From assembly GCA_047628235.1 (NCBI GenBank), contig JBLHPA010000002.1, positions 2,070 to 66,069 on the forward strand: a stretch of 64,000 nt of DNA, read 5' to 3'. The position numbers and the translations under genes are program-made. Below are positions 31,691 through 43,284 of the stretch, piece by piece. The notes under the pieces are model-generated. The model was not told where the DNA came from. It did not search any database and saw only the letters and a list, made by a program, of their open reading frames with translations. Numbering within the stretch: the stretch's first letter is position 1; each line of letters starts with the position of its first letter. The stretch comes from Moritella sp. (lineage in GTDB: Bacteria; Pseudomonadota; Gammaproteobacteria; Enterobacterales; Moritellaceae).

Positions 31691-32719
31691 CTAGTTGTTC
31701 ACCGTAAAATTAAGCATACGCTCAAGTGGTATAAGCGCTTTAATACGGATCTCTTCATCGACAAAGACTTCATGCCCTTCATGGTTAACAAGTGACTCTT
31801 CAATCGCTTTAAGGCCGTTCATAGCCATCCAAGGACACATGGCACAACTGCGGCAAGTTGCTCCATTACCGCCGGTTGGTGCTTCGATAATCTCTTTATC
31901 AGGACAAGCCTGCTGCATCTTAAAGAAGATACCTTTATCCGTAGCCACAATTAATTTTTGTTGCGGTAACTCTTGGGCTGCTTTGATCAGCTGGCTGGTA
32001 GAGCCGACGGCATCAGCCAGATCAATTACATCAGCTGGTGATTCTGGATGAACTAAAATTGCTGCATCTGGATTTTCAGCTTTCAAGCGTTTTAACGCGC
32101 TGGCTTTAAATTCATCATGCACTATGCAGGCACCCTGCCAGCGCAACATTTTAGCACCCGTTTGTTTTTCTATCCAAGCGCCCAGATGACGATCTGGCGC
32201 CCAGATTAATTTCTTGCCTTCGCTGTCTAAATGATCAACCACATCCAATGCGATACTTGAGGTGACGATCCAATCGGCACGCGCCTTTACAGCAGCGGAT
32301 GTATTGGCATACACAACAACCGTATGGTCTGGATGTTGATCACAGAACTGTGAGAACGCTTCAACCGGACAGCCCAGGTCAAGTGAACAAGTTGCCTCCA
32401 GAGAGGGCATCACAATACGCTTAGTCGGCGCCAAGATTTTAGCTGTTTCACCCATAAAACGAACCCCTGCGATGATCAGGGTTTTAGCTGAGTGATTGTT
32501 CCCAAAGCGGGCCATTTCCAAAGAGTCGGCAACACAGCCACCGGTTTCTTCAGCCAGCGCCTGAATTTCAGGATCCGTGTAATAATGAGCAATAAGGACA
32601 GCATCTTTCTCTTTCAGCAGTTGCTTAATGCGCGTTTTATATTCTGCTTTTTCTTGTTCTAATAATGGCGTTGGTTTCTTCGGAAAAGGATATTCCAGTT
32701 CTACTACATTGGGAGTCAT
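31691..32719 (-). CDS. nadA: Quinolinate synthase
   Basis: [33 protein letters not shown]. Confidence 0.98.
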   Translation of the reverse strand: MTPNVVELEYPFPKKPTPLLEQEKAEYKTRIKQLLKEKDAVLIAHYYTDPEIQALAEETGGCVADSLEMARFGNNHSAKTLIIAGVRFMGETAKILAPTKRIVMPSLEATCSLDLGCPVEAFSQFCDQHPDHTVVVYANTSAAVKARADWIVTSSIALDVVDHLDSEGKKLIWAPDRHLGAWIEKQTGAKMLRWQGACIVHDEFKASALKRLKAENPDAAILVHPESPADVIDLADAVGSTSQLIKAAQELPQQKLIVATDKGIFFKMQQACPDKEIIEAPTGGNGATCRSCAMCPWMAMNGLKAIEESLVNHEGHEVFVDEEIRIKALIPLERMLNFTVNN

Positions 32720-32763
32720 AGCTAATTACTCAGTGTTACTAATATTAATACCTTTGGCCATTA

Positions 32764-33028
32764 TATACCCAAGCCACTTCAAGATACAAGATTCAGAGTT
32801 TTTTTTGGGAATAGAGTTCGAACGAAATAGATGCAGGAATGGTATACCATTTCAAGTGTATTTTGTGAGGAAATATGTTTCCAAAACGCTCCCGAAGGGC
32901 GAGTTTTATTAGTTTTTATACTGCGTTAGCCAAACTCCAAATAGAATAACTATTTATTCATTTAGCTGCCTTGCCTAAAAGCCAATGAATTCTCGCTGAA
33001 CCCTGCATCTTAAAGTTGTTTGGGTATA
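32764..33028. mobile_element. 265-bp non-autonomous MITE (ERIC-like termini)
   Basis: 33-bp terminal inverted repeats TATACCCAAGCCACTTCAAGATACAAGATTCAG vs TATACCCAAACAACTTTAAGATGCAGGGTTCAG (27/33), TA ends, no transposase ORF. Confidence 0.85.
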
Positions 33029-33145
33029 CACATCCTTGTCAAAAAAATGTAAATTAGCTTAATGTTTTTGATCAGATACAAAAAAACTCGCTAGTTGCGA
33101 GGCTTTTAATTTCATATAATAGAATATTTTCTTTATTATTGAAGG

Positions 33146-33221
33146 TGGTGGGCTGTGAAGGATTTGAACCTTCGACCAATTGATTAAAAGTCAACTGCTC
33201 TACCAACTGAGCTAACAGCCC
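33146..33221 (-). tRNA. tRNA-Lys(TTT)
   Basis: GGGCTGTTAGCTCAGTTGGTAGAGCAGTTGACTTTTAATCAATTGGTCGAAGGTTCAAATCCTTCACAGCCCACCA. Confidence 0.97.
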
Positions 33222-33253
33222 TTAATTGTCTTACCGGTGAGGTAAGTTATAAC

Positions 33254-33330
<77 letters not shown>

Positions 33331-33338
33331 TCTATTCT

Positions 33339-33414
33339 TGGTGGGCTGTGAAGGATTTGAACCTTCGACCAATTGATTAAAAGTCAACTGCTCTACCAAC
33401 TGAGCTAACAGCCC
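33339..33414 (-). tRNA. tRNA-Lys(TTT)
   Basis: Identical to the 33146-33221 copy. Confidence 0.97.
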
Positions 33415-33446
33415 TTAATTGTCTTACCGGTGAGGTAAGTCATAAC

Positions 33447-33523
<77 letters not shown>

Positions 33524-33563
33524 ACAATACTGTATTTCACTGTCAACAACAGTGATAAAAAAT

Positions 33564-33639
33564 TGGTGGGCTGTGAAGGATTTGAACCTTCGACCAATTG
33601 ATTAAAAGTCAACTGCTCTACCAACTGAGCTAACAGCCC
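33564..33639 (-). tRNA. tRNA-Lys(TTT)
   Basis: Third identical copy. Confidence 0.97.
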
Positions 33640-33683
33640 GAATTTTTTACTCATTATGCCTTATGACATAACCACCACAAAAG

Positions 33684-33759
33684 TGGTGGGTCGTACTGGG
33701 CTTGAACCAGTGACCCTCGCCTTGTAAGGGCGATGCTCTCCCAACTGAGCTAACGACCC
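33684..33759 (-). tRNA. tRNA-Val(TAC)
   Basis: GGGTCGTTAGCTCAGTTGGGAGAGCATCGCCCTTACAAGGCGAGGGTCACTGGTTCAAGCCCAGTACGACCCACCA. Confidence 0.97.
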
Positions 33760-33787
33760 ATAGTCAACTGAGAACTTCTCATCTCGA

Positions 33788-33823
33788 CGGCGGCAATAAT
33801 ACTTTTTTAATAAAACTGTGCAA
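33788..33823 (-). promoter_or_regulatory. Sigma70 stable-RNA promoter of the tRNA operon
   Basis: TTGCAC-16 bp-TATTAT followed by a GC-rich discriminator TGCCGCCG. Confidence 0.75.
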
Positions 33824-33954
33824 GCAATATTTAACCAACTTCACAATTCAATTATAAAAAGCAATTATTTTGCTTAGTTTAACGCCAATAAGATGATAAA
33901 TAATGCAAAACCAAATACTAATTTAGTTTTATTCACTATTATTTTTTTAACTTG

Positions 33955-34737
33955 CTATTTAAGCTGTGATAACTCTTTTTTAGCTAAATTTGCCACTGCA
34001 TCATTCGGATAATCTTTAACCACCAGTTCAAAATAGCGCTTAGCTTCAGTATTCGCGCCCGCAACTTTGGCTATCTGCCCGAGTTTTTGTAACGAGTCTG
34101 CGCGTTTATTAGAGTCTGGGTATTTAGTGACAATTTTTTCAAATTCAACTTTAGCGGCTTCATTTTGGTTATCTTTTCGCAATAGCAAGCCTAACCAATA
34201 GTGTGCATTGGCAGCAAGTTCCGACTCCGGATAAGTTGTAATAAAGCTTTGCAATGCGGGAATGGCTTCATCATATTTACGCTCGTTCTTAATCAGTTTT
34301 ATCGCGTAATTATACGAGTCGATACCCGTTAAGTTGACAGGCTGGTTAGTCACATTAATGATTGCCGAGTCCGTAACCACTGATTTAGCTGGCTGTGCCA
34401 AACGGGTTGTTCTGATCCGCTCAATATCGTCAATAATATCACGCTGACGCTGGGTTATCTTAACCTGTTCCAGGTTGTTTTCTTCGATTTCACCCTGTAA
34501 GCCCATCAGTTCAATTGATAATTGATCCAACTTTTGCTGGGTATCCAACTGCATTTGCGTCCGAGCTTGTAAAATGTTCTCTATGCGAGTGATACGTTGT
34601 TCTAACGTACGTTTGGGTTTATTTGTGACAACATGCTCTGTACTCGCATTGGCATCAAGCACAGTTGCAGGTGCGGCATACCCTAGCCCGCTATAAAGAA
34701 CGGCCATAATAATGGCCGTTTTCTTATTCATAATCAT
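33955..34737 (-). CDS. cpoB: Tol-Pal associated TPR protein CpoB/YbgF
   Basis: Signal peptide, coiled coil, TPRs (YP.S..AANAHYWLG); follows pal. Confidence 0.93.
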   Translation of the reverse strand: MIMNKKTAIIMAVLYSGLGYAAPATVLDANASTEHVVTNKPKRTLEQRITRIENILQARTQMQLDTQQKLDQLSIELMGLQGEIEENNLEQVKITQRQRDIIDDIERIRTTRLAQPAKSVVTDSAIINVTNQPVNLTGIDSYNYAIKLIKNERKYDEAIPALQSFITTYPESELAANAHYWLGLLLRKDNQNEAAKVEFEKIVTKYPDSNKRADSLQKLGQIAKVAGANTEAKRYFELVVKDYPNDAVANLAKKELSQLK

Positions 34738-34752
34738 CTAGGTTACTAATCC

Positions 34753-35325
34753 TTAGTAAACGAGTACTGCACGACGATTTTTCGTTAATGCCGCATCAGT
34801 ATGAGAGGTATCAACAGGCTTCTCTTCACCATAACTAACTGTTGACATTTGGCTTGAAGAAACGCCTAAATTATTCAAATATTTAGCGATTGCATTTGCA
34901 CGACGTTCACCCAGAGCGATATTATAACCTGGTGTGCCGCGTTCATCGGCATGACCTTCAATTAGTACGCTAACCGCTGGATTATCAATTAAAAAGTTTG
35001 CATGGTCTTGCAATAGCTCACCGTACTGTGCTGTCACGGCTTGCTGGTCAAAACCAAAATATACCACGTGACGTTTACGCAGCTCGTCAATAACCTGTTT
35101 TTTAACTTCTTCAGCAGTTAAATTTTCAACAGGATCAATGCTTACGTCAGCATCGCTACCAACAACAACATTGGAACCTGGCGTGGTTACCGTTTCATTA
35201 ACGCCTTGTTCAACAGAACTTTCAACAGCAGAATTTTTTGTAGTATCAGTCGTTGAGCTACATGCAGCCAATGTCAGCATTGGTAACGCTATAACTAAAC
35301 TTTTTAAAATTTTATTTAGTTGCAT
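34753..35325 (-). CDS. pal: Peptidoglycan-associated lipoprotein
   Basis: LAAC lipobox, IEGHADERGT..NIALGERRA, VSYGEEKP, NRRAVLVY. Confidence 0.98.
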   Translation of the reverse strand: MQLNKILKSLVIALPMLTLAACSSTTDTTKNSAVESSVEQGVNETVTTPGSNVVVGSDADVSIDPVENLTAEEVKKQVIDELRKRHVVYFGFDQQAVTAQYGELLQDHANFLIDNPAVSVLIEGHADERGTPGYNIALGERRANAIAKYLNNLGVSSSQMSTVSYGEEKPVDTSHTDAALTKNRRAVLVY

Positions 35326-35344
35326 TTTTTTTCCCTATCAATTA

Positions 35345-36715
35345 TTAATTCTTTTTAGATGTCAAGAAAGGTGACCAAGCTGGCGCTTTAACTTCTCCAT
35401 CACTTGCCGGTAAAACCGCCTTAAAGCGTCCATCCATTGAGACTAGCGACAAAACCTGTTTACCTTTTACGACCGTACTATAAATAATCATACTGCTATT
35501 TGGTGCAATACTAGGCGATTTATCTAGTCGGCCGTTAGTCAGTTTCTGAACGTATCCATCCGACAAATCCTGCTTGGTTACACTATACTTACCTTTTTGC
35601 AAACTAACCATCACTAAATACTCTCCGTTAGGGGTGATTGATGAGTTTAAGTTTGCTCTACCTTCGTAAGTAAGCCGTTTAATTTTCTTGTTTTCTAGGT
35701 TAATTTGATAAATTTGTGGCCGCCCGCCTCGCTCAGAGGTAAATACGATGGACTTGCCATCAGGCGCCCAGCCTGGCTCTGTATCAATGCCACGGTTTTT
35801 AGTCAGACGTTCTATTTTTTTTGTTTTTAAATCATAAACGTAGACATCCGGCTGGCCTGATTTGGATAAAACCATAGCCAGTTTTTTACCGTCAGGTGAA
35901 AACACTGGTAAAATATTACTGCCTTTATAGGCTTTGATCTGCTCACGTTTACGTGACACCAGATCGTAAATCCAAATTTCGTGTCTCTTATCTTCCATGC
36001 TCATATAGGCAAGTTTGGTTCCCGTCGGATCCCATGAAGGTGACATTACAGGTTCCGTTGAGCGGAATAATACGTGCTGATTCATGCCATCATAATCAGA
36101 AATAAGTAACTTATATGGGTACTCATCATCATAATTAATGGCAACGTAGGCGATACGCGTTAAAAAGGCACCTCGGGTTCCCGTTAACTCCTTAAAGATA
36201 TAGTCACTTAATCTATGAGAAATGTGACGAGGTCGGCGGGTTGAAAAGTTACCTTTTAAATTCAGCTTAATATGATCAGTATTTTTGGCCTGTTGCTCAT
36301 CAATCTGCTGCGGCGATTGATTTTTATAGCCAGATAGCACGTTAACCAACTGGAAATGGATCTGGAATCGACCATCTTCAAGGGGTTTGACACTCCCGAT
36401 AACAACAGCTTCAACTCCGGTGTCTTTCCACGCCGCATAATCGACATCCGTTTCAACAGATGGCGTCTGTGGCATTAAAGCGCGATCCAGAGGAGAAAAC
36501 TGACCACTGTTACGTAAGTCATCCGCAATGACCTTGGCAAAATCAGTCAATTCTTTCGGTTGCGGTTGATTGCCCAACCATTTAAACGGCACGACAGCAA
36601 CAGGTCGAGCACTGTTAGTACCTTCTGTGATCACAATTTCCAGTGCCGCCTGCGCCAATTGGATCTGCATTAGGCACAAGATAAAGAAGGATAAAATCTT
36701 TTTAGTCATTCTCAT
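35345..36715 (-). CDS. tolB: TolB
   Basis: [19 protein letters not shown]40 repeats, [18 protein letters not shown]; exact start uncertain. Confidence 0.97.
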   Translation of the reverse strand: MRMTKKILSFFILCLMQIQLAQAALEIVITEGTNSARPVAVVPFKWLGNQPQPKELTDFAKVIADDLRNSGQFSPLDRALMPQTPSVETDVDYAAWKDTGVEAVVIGSVKPLEDGRFQIHFQLVNVLSGYKNQSPQQIDEQQAKNTDHIKLNLKGNFSTRRPRHISHRLSDYIFKELTGTRGAFLTRIAYVAINYDDEYPYKLLISDYDGMNQHVLFRSTEPVMSPSWDPTGTKLAYMSMEDKRHEIWIYDLVSRKREQIKAYKGSNILPVFSPDGKKLAMVLSKSGQPDVYVYDLKTKKIERLTKNRGIDTEPGWAPDGKSIVFTSERGGRPQIYQINLENKKIKRLTYEGRANLNSSITPNGEYLVMVSLQKGKYSVTKQDLSDGYVQKLTNGRLDKSPSIAPNSSMIIYSTVVKGKQVLSLVSMDGRFKAVLPASDGEVKAPAWSPFLTSKKN

Positions 36716-36716
36716 A

Positions 36717-37664
36717 TTAAATCTCTGGTTCATAGCTTAATTTGATGAGCTTAAGTTGTGCAGCAACATCAGGATCTTTTGACATAGGGAAACTACCAGC
36801 TTTATTCACTGCATTAATTGCAGCGGCACAAACAAGTCTATCACCTTTACCACTGGTAACACTTCTTACAAAACCTGAGTCAGATAAACGTATTTCCAGT
36901 GAGCAGGATTTACCTCTCATGGCATCATTGGTCAGGATATGTTTCTTAATAGTGCCTTTAATACGTAATCTGTATTTATCCACCTCACCCATAACTTCCT
37001 GCTGCCTGACTGCATTCAACTGCTGAATCTCACTGTCGAGCTCAGAAGCAAATTCCGCTTCAATCTCAGCTTGCATTAAACGCTCTTGCTCAATGGCTGC
37101 CAAACGCATAATTTCGTCTTCAGCTTTACGTTTCGCTTCCTCAGCTTTTTTCTGCTTGATTACAGCTTGGCGATCTCTTTCCTTTTTCTCAGCCACTTTA
37201 CGTTTCTGATCGGCGACTTGCGCAGCTTTTTCTGCTTTTTCCGCTTTAGCTTTAGCTGTTACAGCTGCCAGTTCCGATTTTTTACGTTCATCTTCTTTCA
37301 GAAGACGTTTCTTTTCAGCTTGCTCGGCTGCCTGCTCTGCTTGGCGCTGTTGCTTTTTCGCATTGGTAATGGCTAATTCTTTTTGCCGACGTTCTTCGTT
37401 AAGCTTTTTGATACGATCTTCAGCTTGTTTTTGCCGTTGACGTTCTTTGGCTCGTTTATCTTGCTCTGCACGTTTGATCCGCTCTGCATGCCGCTTAACA
37501 GCCTTCTCACTAACCACCACTGCTTTAATAACTTGATGTGTTGGTTTCATTTGTTTTTTAGCCGGGGTGAAATTGATATTACTGCCAATTACAACCAGCA
37601 AGGCTACGTGAAACACAACTGAAATAATGATAGCAACTGAATAACTGGACTGATTATCCTTCAT
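36717..37664 (-). CDS. tolA: TolA
   Basis: TM segment with S..H motif, Ala/Lys/Glu helical linker, C-terminal domain. Confidence 0.93.
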   Translation of the reverse strand: MKDNQSSYSVAIIISVVFHVALLVVIGSNINFTPAKKQMKPTHQVIKAVVVSEKAVKRHAERIKRAEQDKRAKERQRQKQAEDRIKKLNEERRQKELAITNAKKQQRQAEQAAEQAEKKRLLKEDERKKSELAAVTAKAKAEKAEKAAQVADQKRKVAEKKERDRQAVIKQKKAEEAKRKAEDEIMRLAAIEQERLMQAEIEAEFASELDSEIQQLNAVRQQEVMGEVDKYRLRIKGTIKKHILTNDAMRGKSCSLEIRLSDSGFVRSVTSGKGDRLVCAAAINAVNKAGSFPMSKDPDVAAQLKLIKLSYEPEI

Positions 37665-37680
37665 GTATATTCCTGTTAAA

Positions 37681-38106
37681 TTACTCTACTGGATCTGTCA
37701 TTAACCCAACAGAAGGCGCACCTGCTTGTTGTAGTATCACCATCAAACGGATCACCTGTTCATACGCCACCGACCCATCACCTTTAACGACCACAGGTGT
37801 ATCAGGCTGCAATTGTAAGTGAGCGGCAACTAATGTTGCTAATTCATCCGGCGATATGGGCGATTTGTCCCCATCACCGACATCAAGATAATACAAGCCA
37901 TCTTTATCGACAGAAGCAACCACAGGTGGTTTACTGTCTTCGGAAAGGGCTTCGGCCTGGGCTTGCGGTAGATCTACCAATACCCCTTGAGTAACCAACG
38001 GAGCTGTCACCATGAAAATGATCAGTAATACCAGCATCACATCAATATAGGGAACAACATTAATCTCAGAAACAGGGAGTCTACGCTTACGTTGATAGGG
38101 CTGCAT
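37681..38106 (-). CDS. tolR: TolR
   Basis: EINVVPYIDVMLVLLIIFMVTAP. Confidence 0.97.
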   Translation of the reverse strand: MQPYQRKRRLPVSEINVVPYIDVMLVLLIIFMVTAPLVTQGVLVDLPQAQAEALSEDSKPPVVASVDKDGLYYLDVGDGDKSPISPDELATLVAAHLQLQPDTPVVVKGDGSVAYEQVIRLMVILQQAGAPSVGLMTDPVE

Positions 38107-38108
38107 AG

Positions 38109-38801
38109 TTAGTCCTGAGTTCGTTTGGCTAATGTTTGGCGATGTAAGATACTCGAAAATTCTTCCATAAAGTTGGCATAGCTGTTTTCAATTCTCATCA
38201 CCTGATTAGAAAATCGATTATAGGCAATAACAGCTGGAATGGCAGCAAATAAGCCCATCGCAGTGGCAATAAGCGCTTCAGCAATACCAGGGGCAACCAT
38301 CGCCAGCGTGGCCTGCTGCACTGCACCAAGGGCAATAAATGAACTCATAATCCCCCAAACAGTACCAAATAAACCAATATATGGGCTAATAGAACCGATA
38401 GTTGCGAGGTTATTCAAATTAACCTCTAACTCATCGACTTCTCTAGACAGGGAAACACGCATAGCACGGTAGCTGCCATCCATAATAGCGTCGGTGTTCT
38501 GATTATCAGCATTGTGAATACGCACATATTCCTTAAAGCCAGAATGAAAAATTAATTCCATACCTTGGATATTTTTTTTACGTGCTTCACTTTCTTTGTA
38601 CAATTTCGACAGGTCAATGCCTGACCAAAATCGATCTTCAAAGCGCTTCGCGGCAGTAGTCGCTTGTTTCAATGCACTCGAGCGATGAAAGATCATAGCC
38701 CAAGACGCCAAAGACATAGACAACAGCAGTAACATGACCGCTTTTACGAGTACGCTCGCTTCCCAAAATAGATCAAAAAATGAAATATCAGCAGCTTCCA
38801 C
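38109..38801 (-). CDS. tolQ: TolQ
   Basis: [27 protein letters not shown]. Confidence 0.98.
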   Translation of the reverse strand: MEAADISFFDLFWEASVLVKAVMLLLLSMSLASWAMIFHRSSALKQATTAAKRFEDRFWSGIDLSKLYKESEARKKNIQGMELIFHSGFKEYVRIHNADNQNTDAIMDGSYRAMRVSLSREVDELEVNLNNLATIGSISPYIGLFGTVWGIMSSFIALGAVQQATLAMVAPGIAEALIATAMGLFAAIPAVIAYNRFSNQVMRIENSYANFMEEFSSILHRQTLAKRTQD

Positions 38802-39210
38802 TGGTTAGTTTCCTTATAATTTCTGTTGGTATTGCACATGGCTTCATGCGTGATAATTTGACACAAGCCACTTTGACCGTTAATTCAGACAGTAACTTAC
38901 CATTTTCATGGTAGATACATTGAGAAAAGACCAGAGATGCGCGTTTTAGTTCCTTTATTTTAGATTTAATAACTAAAAGATCATCCAATAATGCCGGATA
39001 ACAATAATCAATATCAATATGACGAACAACAAAAGCCAGATCACTTTCTATCAGCTCAGCTTGAGAAAAACCCAGAGTTCGTAACATCTCCGTTCGAGCT
39101 CGCTCGGCATAGTTTAAATAATTACTATGATAAACAACCCCACCCGCATCTGTATCTTCAAAATAAACCCGTACTTCTAATCTGTCTTGCATCCGTAAAT
39201 TCATTTCCAA
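38788..39210 (-). CDS. ybgC: Tol-pal associated acyl-CoA thioesterase
   Basis: [25 protein letters not shown]; start may be a few codons downstream. Confidence 0.95.
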   Translation of the reverse strand: MEMNLRMQDRLEVRVYFEDTDAGGVVYHSNYLNYAERARTEMLRTLGFSQAELIESDLAFVVRHIDIDYCYPALLDDLLVIKSKIKELKRASLVFSQCIYHENGKLLSELTVKVACVKLSRMKPCAIPTEIIRKLTSGSC

Positions 39211-39353
39211 ACAACTGAGATTAACCAGGCTACCTAACTTTAGCGTCAGATAGCTGGAAAGAGTAGCTAATATACCTGACTGAGATCAGATATGAAATTG
39301 ATTTATCCGACCAGATAAAAAATAGGTAATTAGTGTGAATTTTGGCTTATTTT

Positions 39354-40367
39354 TCAAGGTTTTTTATCAGGTTCATCAAAACCTAAATGCAGGTATGCAC
39401 GGCTAGTTGCGATACGCCCACGCGGTGTCCGTTGCAAAAATCCTTGCTGTATGAGATAAGGCTCAAGCACATCTTCAATAGTTTCTCGTTCTTCACCGAT
39501 TGCAGCGGCCACATTATCTAAACCAACAGGACCGCCAGAAAAGGTATCCACAATCGCAGTTAAAAGCTTCCTGTCCATGTAGTCAAACCCACAGGTATCA
39601 ACATCAAGCATAGCTAATGCCGCCGCCGCCACCTCAGCATTAATGTCACCGTCATGTTTCACTTCAGCAAAATCACGAACGCGACGTAACAGGCGATTAG
39701 CAATACGCGGAGTGCCACGGGATCGTCGGGCGATCTCTAATGCGCCGGCGTTATCCATATTCAAATTAAGGCAACCAGCCGAGCGTAAAACAATGTCTTT
39801 CAAATCATCAACTTTATAGAACTCCAACCGTTGCACAATACCGAATCGGTCGCGCAAGGGCGACGTTAACGAGCCTGCACGAGTCGTTGCGCCAATTAAG
39901 GTAAACGGGGGAAGGTCTAATTTAATTGAGCGAGCAGCGGGTCCCTCGCCAATCATAAGATCAAGTTGATAATCCTCCATCGCAGGATAAAGGATCTCTT
40001 CGATTGACGGACTCAGGCGATGGATTTCGTCAATAAACAAAACATCATTCTCTTCCAGATTAGTCAATAGCGCCGCGAGATCGCCGGCTTTTTCTAATAT
40101 CGGCCCTGAAGTGGTTTTAATATTTACTCCCATCTCATTTGCAACGATATTAGCAAGCGTTGTTTTACCTAAACCCGGAGGGCCAAAAATGAGCAGGTGA
40201 TCGAGTGCATCATTGCGTCTTTGACTGGCTTCAATAAAAATCTCCATCTGATCGCGAACATGATCCTGGCCTTTATAATCGGCCAGCATTTTAGGCCTGA
40301 TGGCGCGGTCAATGACTTCTTCTTCCCGAATAATAGCACCGGAAATTAATCTATCTGCTTCAATCAC
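39354..40367 (-). CDS. ruvB: Holliday junction helicase RuvB
   Basis: [32 protein letters not shown]. Confidence 0.99.
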   Translation of the reverse strand: MIEADRLISGAIIREEEVIDRAIRPKMLADYKGQDHVRDQMEIFIEASQRRNDALDHLLIFGPPGLGKTTLANIVANEMGVNIKTTSGPILEKAGDLAALLTNLEENDVLFIDEIHRLSPSIEEILYPAMEDYQLDLMIGEGPAARSIKLDLPPFTLIGATTRAGSLTSPLRDRFGIVQRLEFYKVDDLKDIVLRSAGCLNLNMDNAGALEIARRSRGTPRIANRLLRRVRDFAEVKHDGDINAEVAAAALAMLDVDTCGFDYMDRKLLTAIVDTFSGGPVGLDNVAAAIGEERETIEDVLEPYLIQQGFLQRTPRGRIATSRAYLHLGFDEPDKKP

Positions 40368-40384
40368 TACACTAATTTCCTCAA

Positions 40385-41005
40385 TTAATTTTGCAGGGTG
40401 GCACGTAATGATAATCGAATGATATCTTCACAACTCATACTTGGCTGAGCAACCTGTTTGATCATCTTGGCCACCTGTGCCGGCTTATAACCCAAACCGA
40501 TCAAGGCCTCCTCAGCTTCTTCAATCGAGTTTGACGAAGTATTGCCATAACCTTGTAATTGGGCCCTATCCGCTTCCGGAGTAAACAGATCTTGCGTTAC
40601 CCAGTTTTTCAATCGGTCACGCATTTCGATTAATAAGCGTTCCGCCGTTTTTTTGCCGACGCCCGGTAATTTGATCAAACTGTTAATGTCATCATGCTCA
40701 ACGCAGTGAGCAAACTGATTCGCAGTCATCCCCGACAAAATAGCCAATGCTAATTTAGGGCCGACACCATTGACTTTAATCAGCTCACGGAACATTAAAC
40801 GCTCCATTTTATTGTTAAAACCGTAAAGTAGTTGAGCATCCTCTCTCACCACAAAGTGAGTATAAACAACTACTTCACCGCCGGTATCACCCAATTCATA
40901 GAAACAGCTCATGGGCAATTGAACCTCATAACCAACCCCATTTACCTCTAACAAAATTTCCGGTGGTTGCTTTTCTAATAGCGTGCCGCGTAAACGTCCA
41001 ATCAC
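40385..41005 (-). CDS. ruvA: RuvA
   Basis: [36 protein letters not shown]. Confidence 0.99.
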   Translation of the reverse strand: MIGRLRGTLLEKQPPEILLEVNGVGYEVQLPMSCFYELGDTGGEVVVYTHFVVREDAQLLYGFNNKMERLMFRELIKVNGVGPKLALAILSGMTANQFAHCVEHDDINSLIKLPGVGKKTAERLLIEMRDRLKNWVTQDLFTPEADRAQLQGYGNTSSNSIEEAEEALIGLGYKPAQVAKMIKQVAQPSMSCEDIIRLSLRATLQN

Positions 41006-41060
41006 AATTACTTTCCAACATTATTGAGACTAATATAGTGTCAGTTAGGATAATAAAATA

Positions 41061-41076
41061 CTGGTTAAATATCCAG
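41061..41076. promoter_or_regulatory. LexA (SOS) box upstream of ruvAB
   Basis: CTGGTTAAATATCCAG = CTG-N10-CAG, about 55 bp upstream of ruvA, resembling the E. coli ruvA SOS box. Confidence 0.85.
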
Positions 41077-41118
41077 ACTAATTTAACTCACCCTGTCTTT
41101 AACATCATTAATTCGGTG

Positions 41119-41640
41119 TTAATTATAGCGACCTCGTGCCGTCCCCTTCACTTTGCCAGCCATATTTATCAAGGTTCTGATACTCTGCGCATGGCACAAT
41201 GCGACAGCTAATGCGTCTGCAGCATCAGCCTGGGGTATTCCCGGTAATTTTAGAAGATTTTTGACCATCTGCTGAACTTGTTCCTTTTCTGCACCGCCGT
41301 TCCCTACCACCGCCTGCTTGATTTGACGTGCCGTATATTCCCCCACTTCAATATCCTGCGAAACAGCCGCGACAATAGCAGCACCACGCGCCTGCCCTAA
41401 TTTCAACGCCGACGCGGCATTTTTGCCCATAAAGACATTTTCAATCGCAAATTTATCGGGCTGAAACTGAATGATGATTTCGCTAACACCCGCGTGAATT
41501 TGCTTTAATTTTTCGGGTAGGTTTTCACCTGTGGTGCGAATGCAACCACTACCTAAATAATGAAACTTGCCCTGCACGTGCTGAATAACGCCATAACCGG
41601 TGATGCGAGAGCCGGGATCAATGCCGAGAATAATACTCAT
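41119..41640 (-). CDS. ruvC: Crossover junction endodeoxyribonuclease RuvC
   Basis: [34 protein letters not shown]. Confidence 0.99.
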   Translation of the reverse strand: MSIILGIDPGSRITGYGVIQHVQGKFHYLGSGCIRTTGENLPEKLKQIHAGVSEIIIQFQPDKFAIENVFMGKNAASALKLGQARGAAIVAAVSQDIEVGEYTARQIKQAVVGNGGAEKEQVQQMVKNLLKLPGIPQADAADALAVALCHAQSIRTLINMAGKVKGTARGRYN

Positions 41641-41697
41641 ATTTTAATTTCTTCAAACAACAAAATTTATCCGTCTAGTATACCCTTGGTAAGGGCT

Positions 41698-41805
41698 TAT
41701 ACCCAAATCATGTCAAGATACAAGATTCAGCGCTTTCTTTGGGTATAAAGTTCGAGCTAAATAGAGGTAGGAATGGTGTACCATTTCAAGATGCATTGTG
41801 AATAA
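41698..41805 (+). mobile_element. Truncated copy of the 32764 MITE
   Basis: TATACCCAA..CAAGATACAAGATTCAG..AGTTCGA..AAATAGA..AGGAATGGT.TACCATTTCAAG aligns with the first about 105 bp of 32764-33028. Confidence 0.8.
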
Positions 41806-41857
41806 ATAATAGCTTGCTATAATGGCGCGTTTTTATAGTTAATTCAGTGGGACTCAA

Positions 41858-42085
41858 ATGAAGCGGATCGTATTATATACTCAAAAAAAATGCCCGCATT
41901 GTGATACGGCTAAACGTTATTTGGATGAACACAAAATTCCATATCGCCTGTGCAGTGTCAACGAACCACGCGGTAGTAAAGAACTGGCCGCTATTGGCGG
42001 CCGAGGTGTTCCGACATTAAAAATTGCCGATCAGATATTACGCGGTTTTTCAGTCGCTGCATTTGAAAAAATGTACCGCAGTTAA
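41858..42085 (+). CDS. Glutaredoxin-like (NrdH/GrxC) protein
   Basis: CPHC motif, RGVPTL. Confidence 0.88.
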   Translation: MKRIVLYTQKKCPHCDTAKRYLDEHKIPYRLCSVNEPRGSKELAAIGGRGVPTLKIADQILRGFSVAAFEKMYRS

Positions 42086-42206
42086 TCTAATAGCCTTACC
42101 GAGTCACCTAGGCGGCTTTTATCGTTGCATAAACATTGTGCAATCACATAAAAATGTCTTGTGGTCACACGTTATATAATTAAGCCTAATTTCATGGATG
42201 TAGAAA

Positions 42207-42614
42207 ATGAAAAATCGTTTTGCTCGAATAAGCTTCATCATCAGTTTGCTCTTTTCAACCGTCGCCCTAAGTAATGAGATGGACGGTATCGATCTTAAAG
42301 TGACCATGAAACATATGCGGTTTGAGTATACCCAAGCGCTAGAAACCGTTTCGACTAGTGAGTTCAGCGGTCACATCAATAAGATGAGTGAGCTATTAGC
42401 GAAAGCTCAAGGTTATCAATTTTCACCGGAACGCGCCAAAATTTCGCTGGAAGGTTTAGACAAAGTCGCCGTGGTGCTCAATACAATCCAGCAAACAGAT
42501 ATAACAGTGGGAAATCTGGCCACAGTGCAGGCTCAGCTAGAACAGGTAGATAGTCTGAGAAAGGTATACCATAAGAAAAGTAAACCCAGCATTTGGCAGC
42601 TCATTTTTGGTTAA
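42207..42614 (+). CDS. Periplasmic cytochrome b562-like protein
   Basis: Signal peptide, DLKVTMKHM (Met ligand) and RKVYHKK (His ligand), helical-bundle composition. Confidence 0.7.
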   Translation: MKNRFARISFIISLLFSTVALSNEMDGIDLKVTMKHMRFEYTQALETVSTSEFSGHINKMSELLAKAQGYQFSPERAKISLEGLDKVAVVLNTIQQTDITVGNLATVQAQLEQVDSLRKVYHKKSKPSIWQLIFG

Positions 42615-42701
42615 TTAACCATACTCGCACCGTTTTTATAAATCCGTACTTTAAAAATTGTGTGCTGTAGAAATAGTGCACATTAGAAATAGGAAGACAT
42701 T

Positions 42702-43094
42702 ATGTCAAACACCCTCGACGCAAACTTGATCGCGACCATCCAAGGTTATGATTCTGCGAAACGTCTTAGTTACTTACTCAAAGAAGTAACCAGTCAACGC
42801 CAGCTCTGGATCCTGACCGATGAACATGGTTGTGTCATGCTCAATTCCGAAGACGAGGATTGTGTGCCAGTGTGGCCGAATGCTGAATTTGCGCAATCTT
42901 GGGCGACCGGTGAATGGGAACACTGTAAAACAGAGCCTATTTCATTGGCTAAATGGCAGAGCCGCTGGACCCCTGGTCTAGCAGATGATAACTTAGCGAT
43001 CGTCGTTTTTCCAAATCAAAATGAAGAAGGTTTAGTGCTGTATCCTGATGAATTTGATATGGAATTACGCAAACAAGCTAAGAAGACTGGCTAG
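42702..43094 (+). CDS. DUF2750 family protein
   Basis: LWILTDEHGC..PVWPNAEFA..WTPGL..VFP. Confidence 0.82.
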   Translation: MSNTLDANLIATIQGYDSAKRLSYLLKEVTSQRQLWILTDEHGCVMLNSEDEDCVPVWPNAEFAQSWATGEWEHCKTEPISLAKWQSRWTPGLADDNLAIVVFPNQNEEGLVLYPDEFDMELRKQAKKTG

Positions 43095-43284
43095 TTTACT
43101 CGATGCGCGGTAGAACACGAATACCGCGCAACGCTTACCTAACGCTTATCCGATGATCCCCTTGCCTTATGATGAACAGATCGCGTGTTTCCTCTCAATG
43201 ACTTAACAATACTTAATTTTATTTAATTTATAATAAATCTAAGGTATTGTATTGTTTCGTTATCTTCATACTGGTGCTAATAAT

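Noticed and set aside
32628-32912. 94-aa ORF running into the MITE
   Set aside because: Antisense to nadA and non-coding repeat; no transposase motifs
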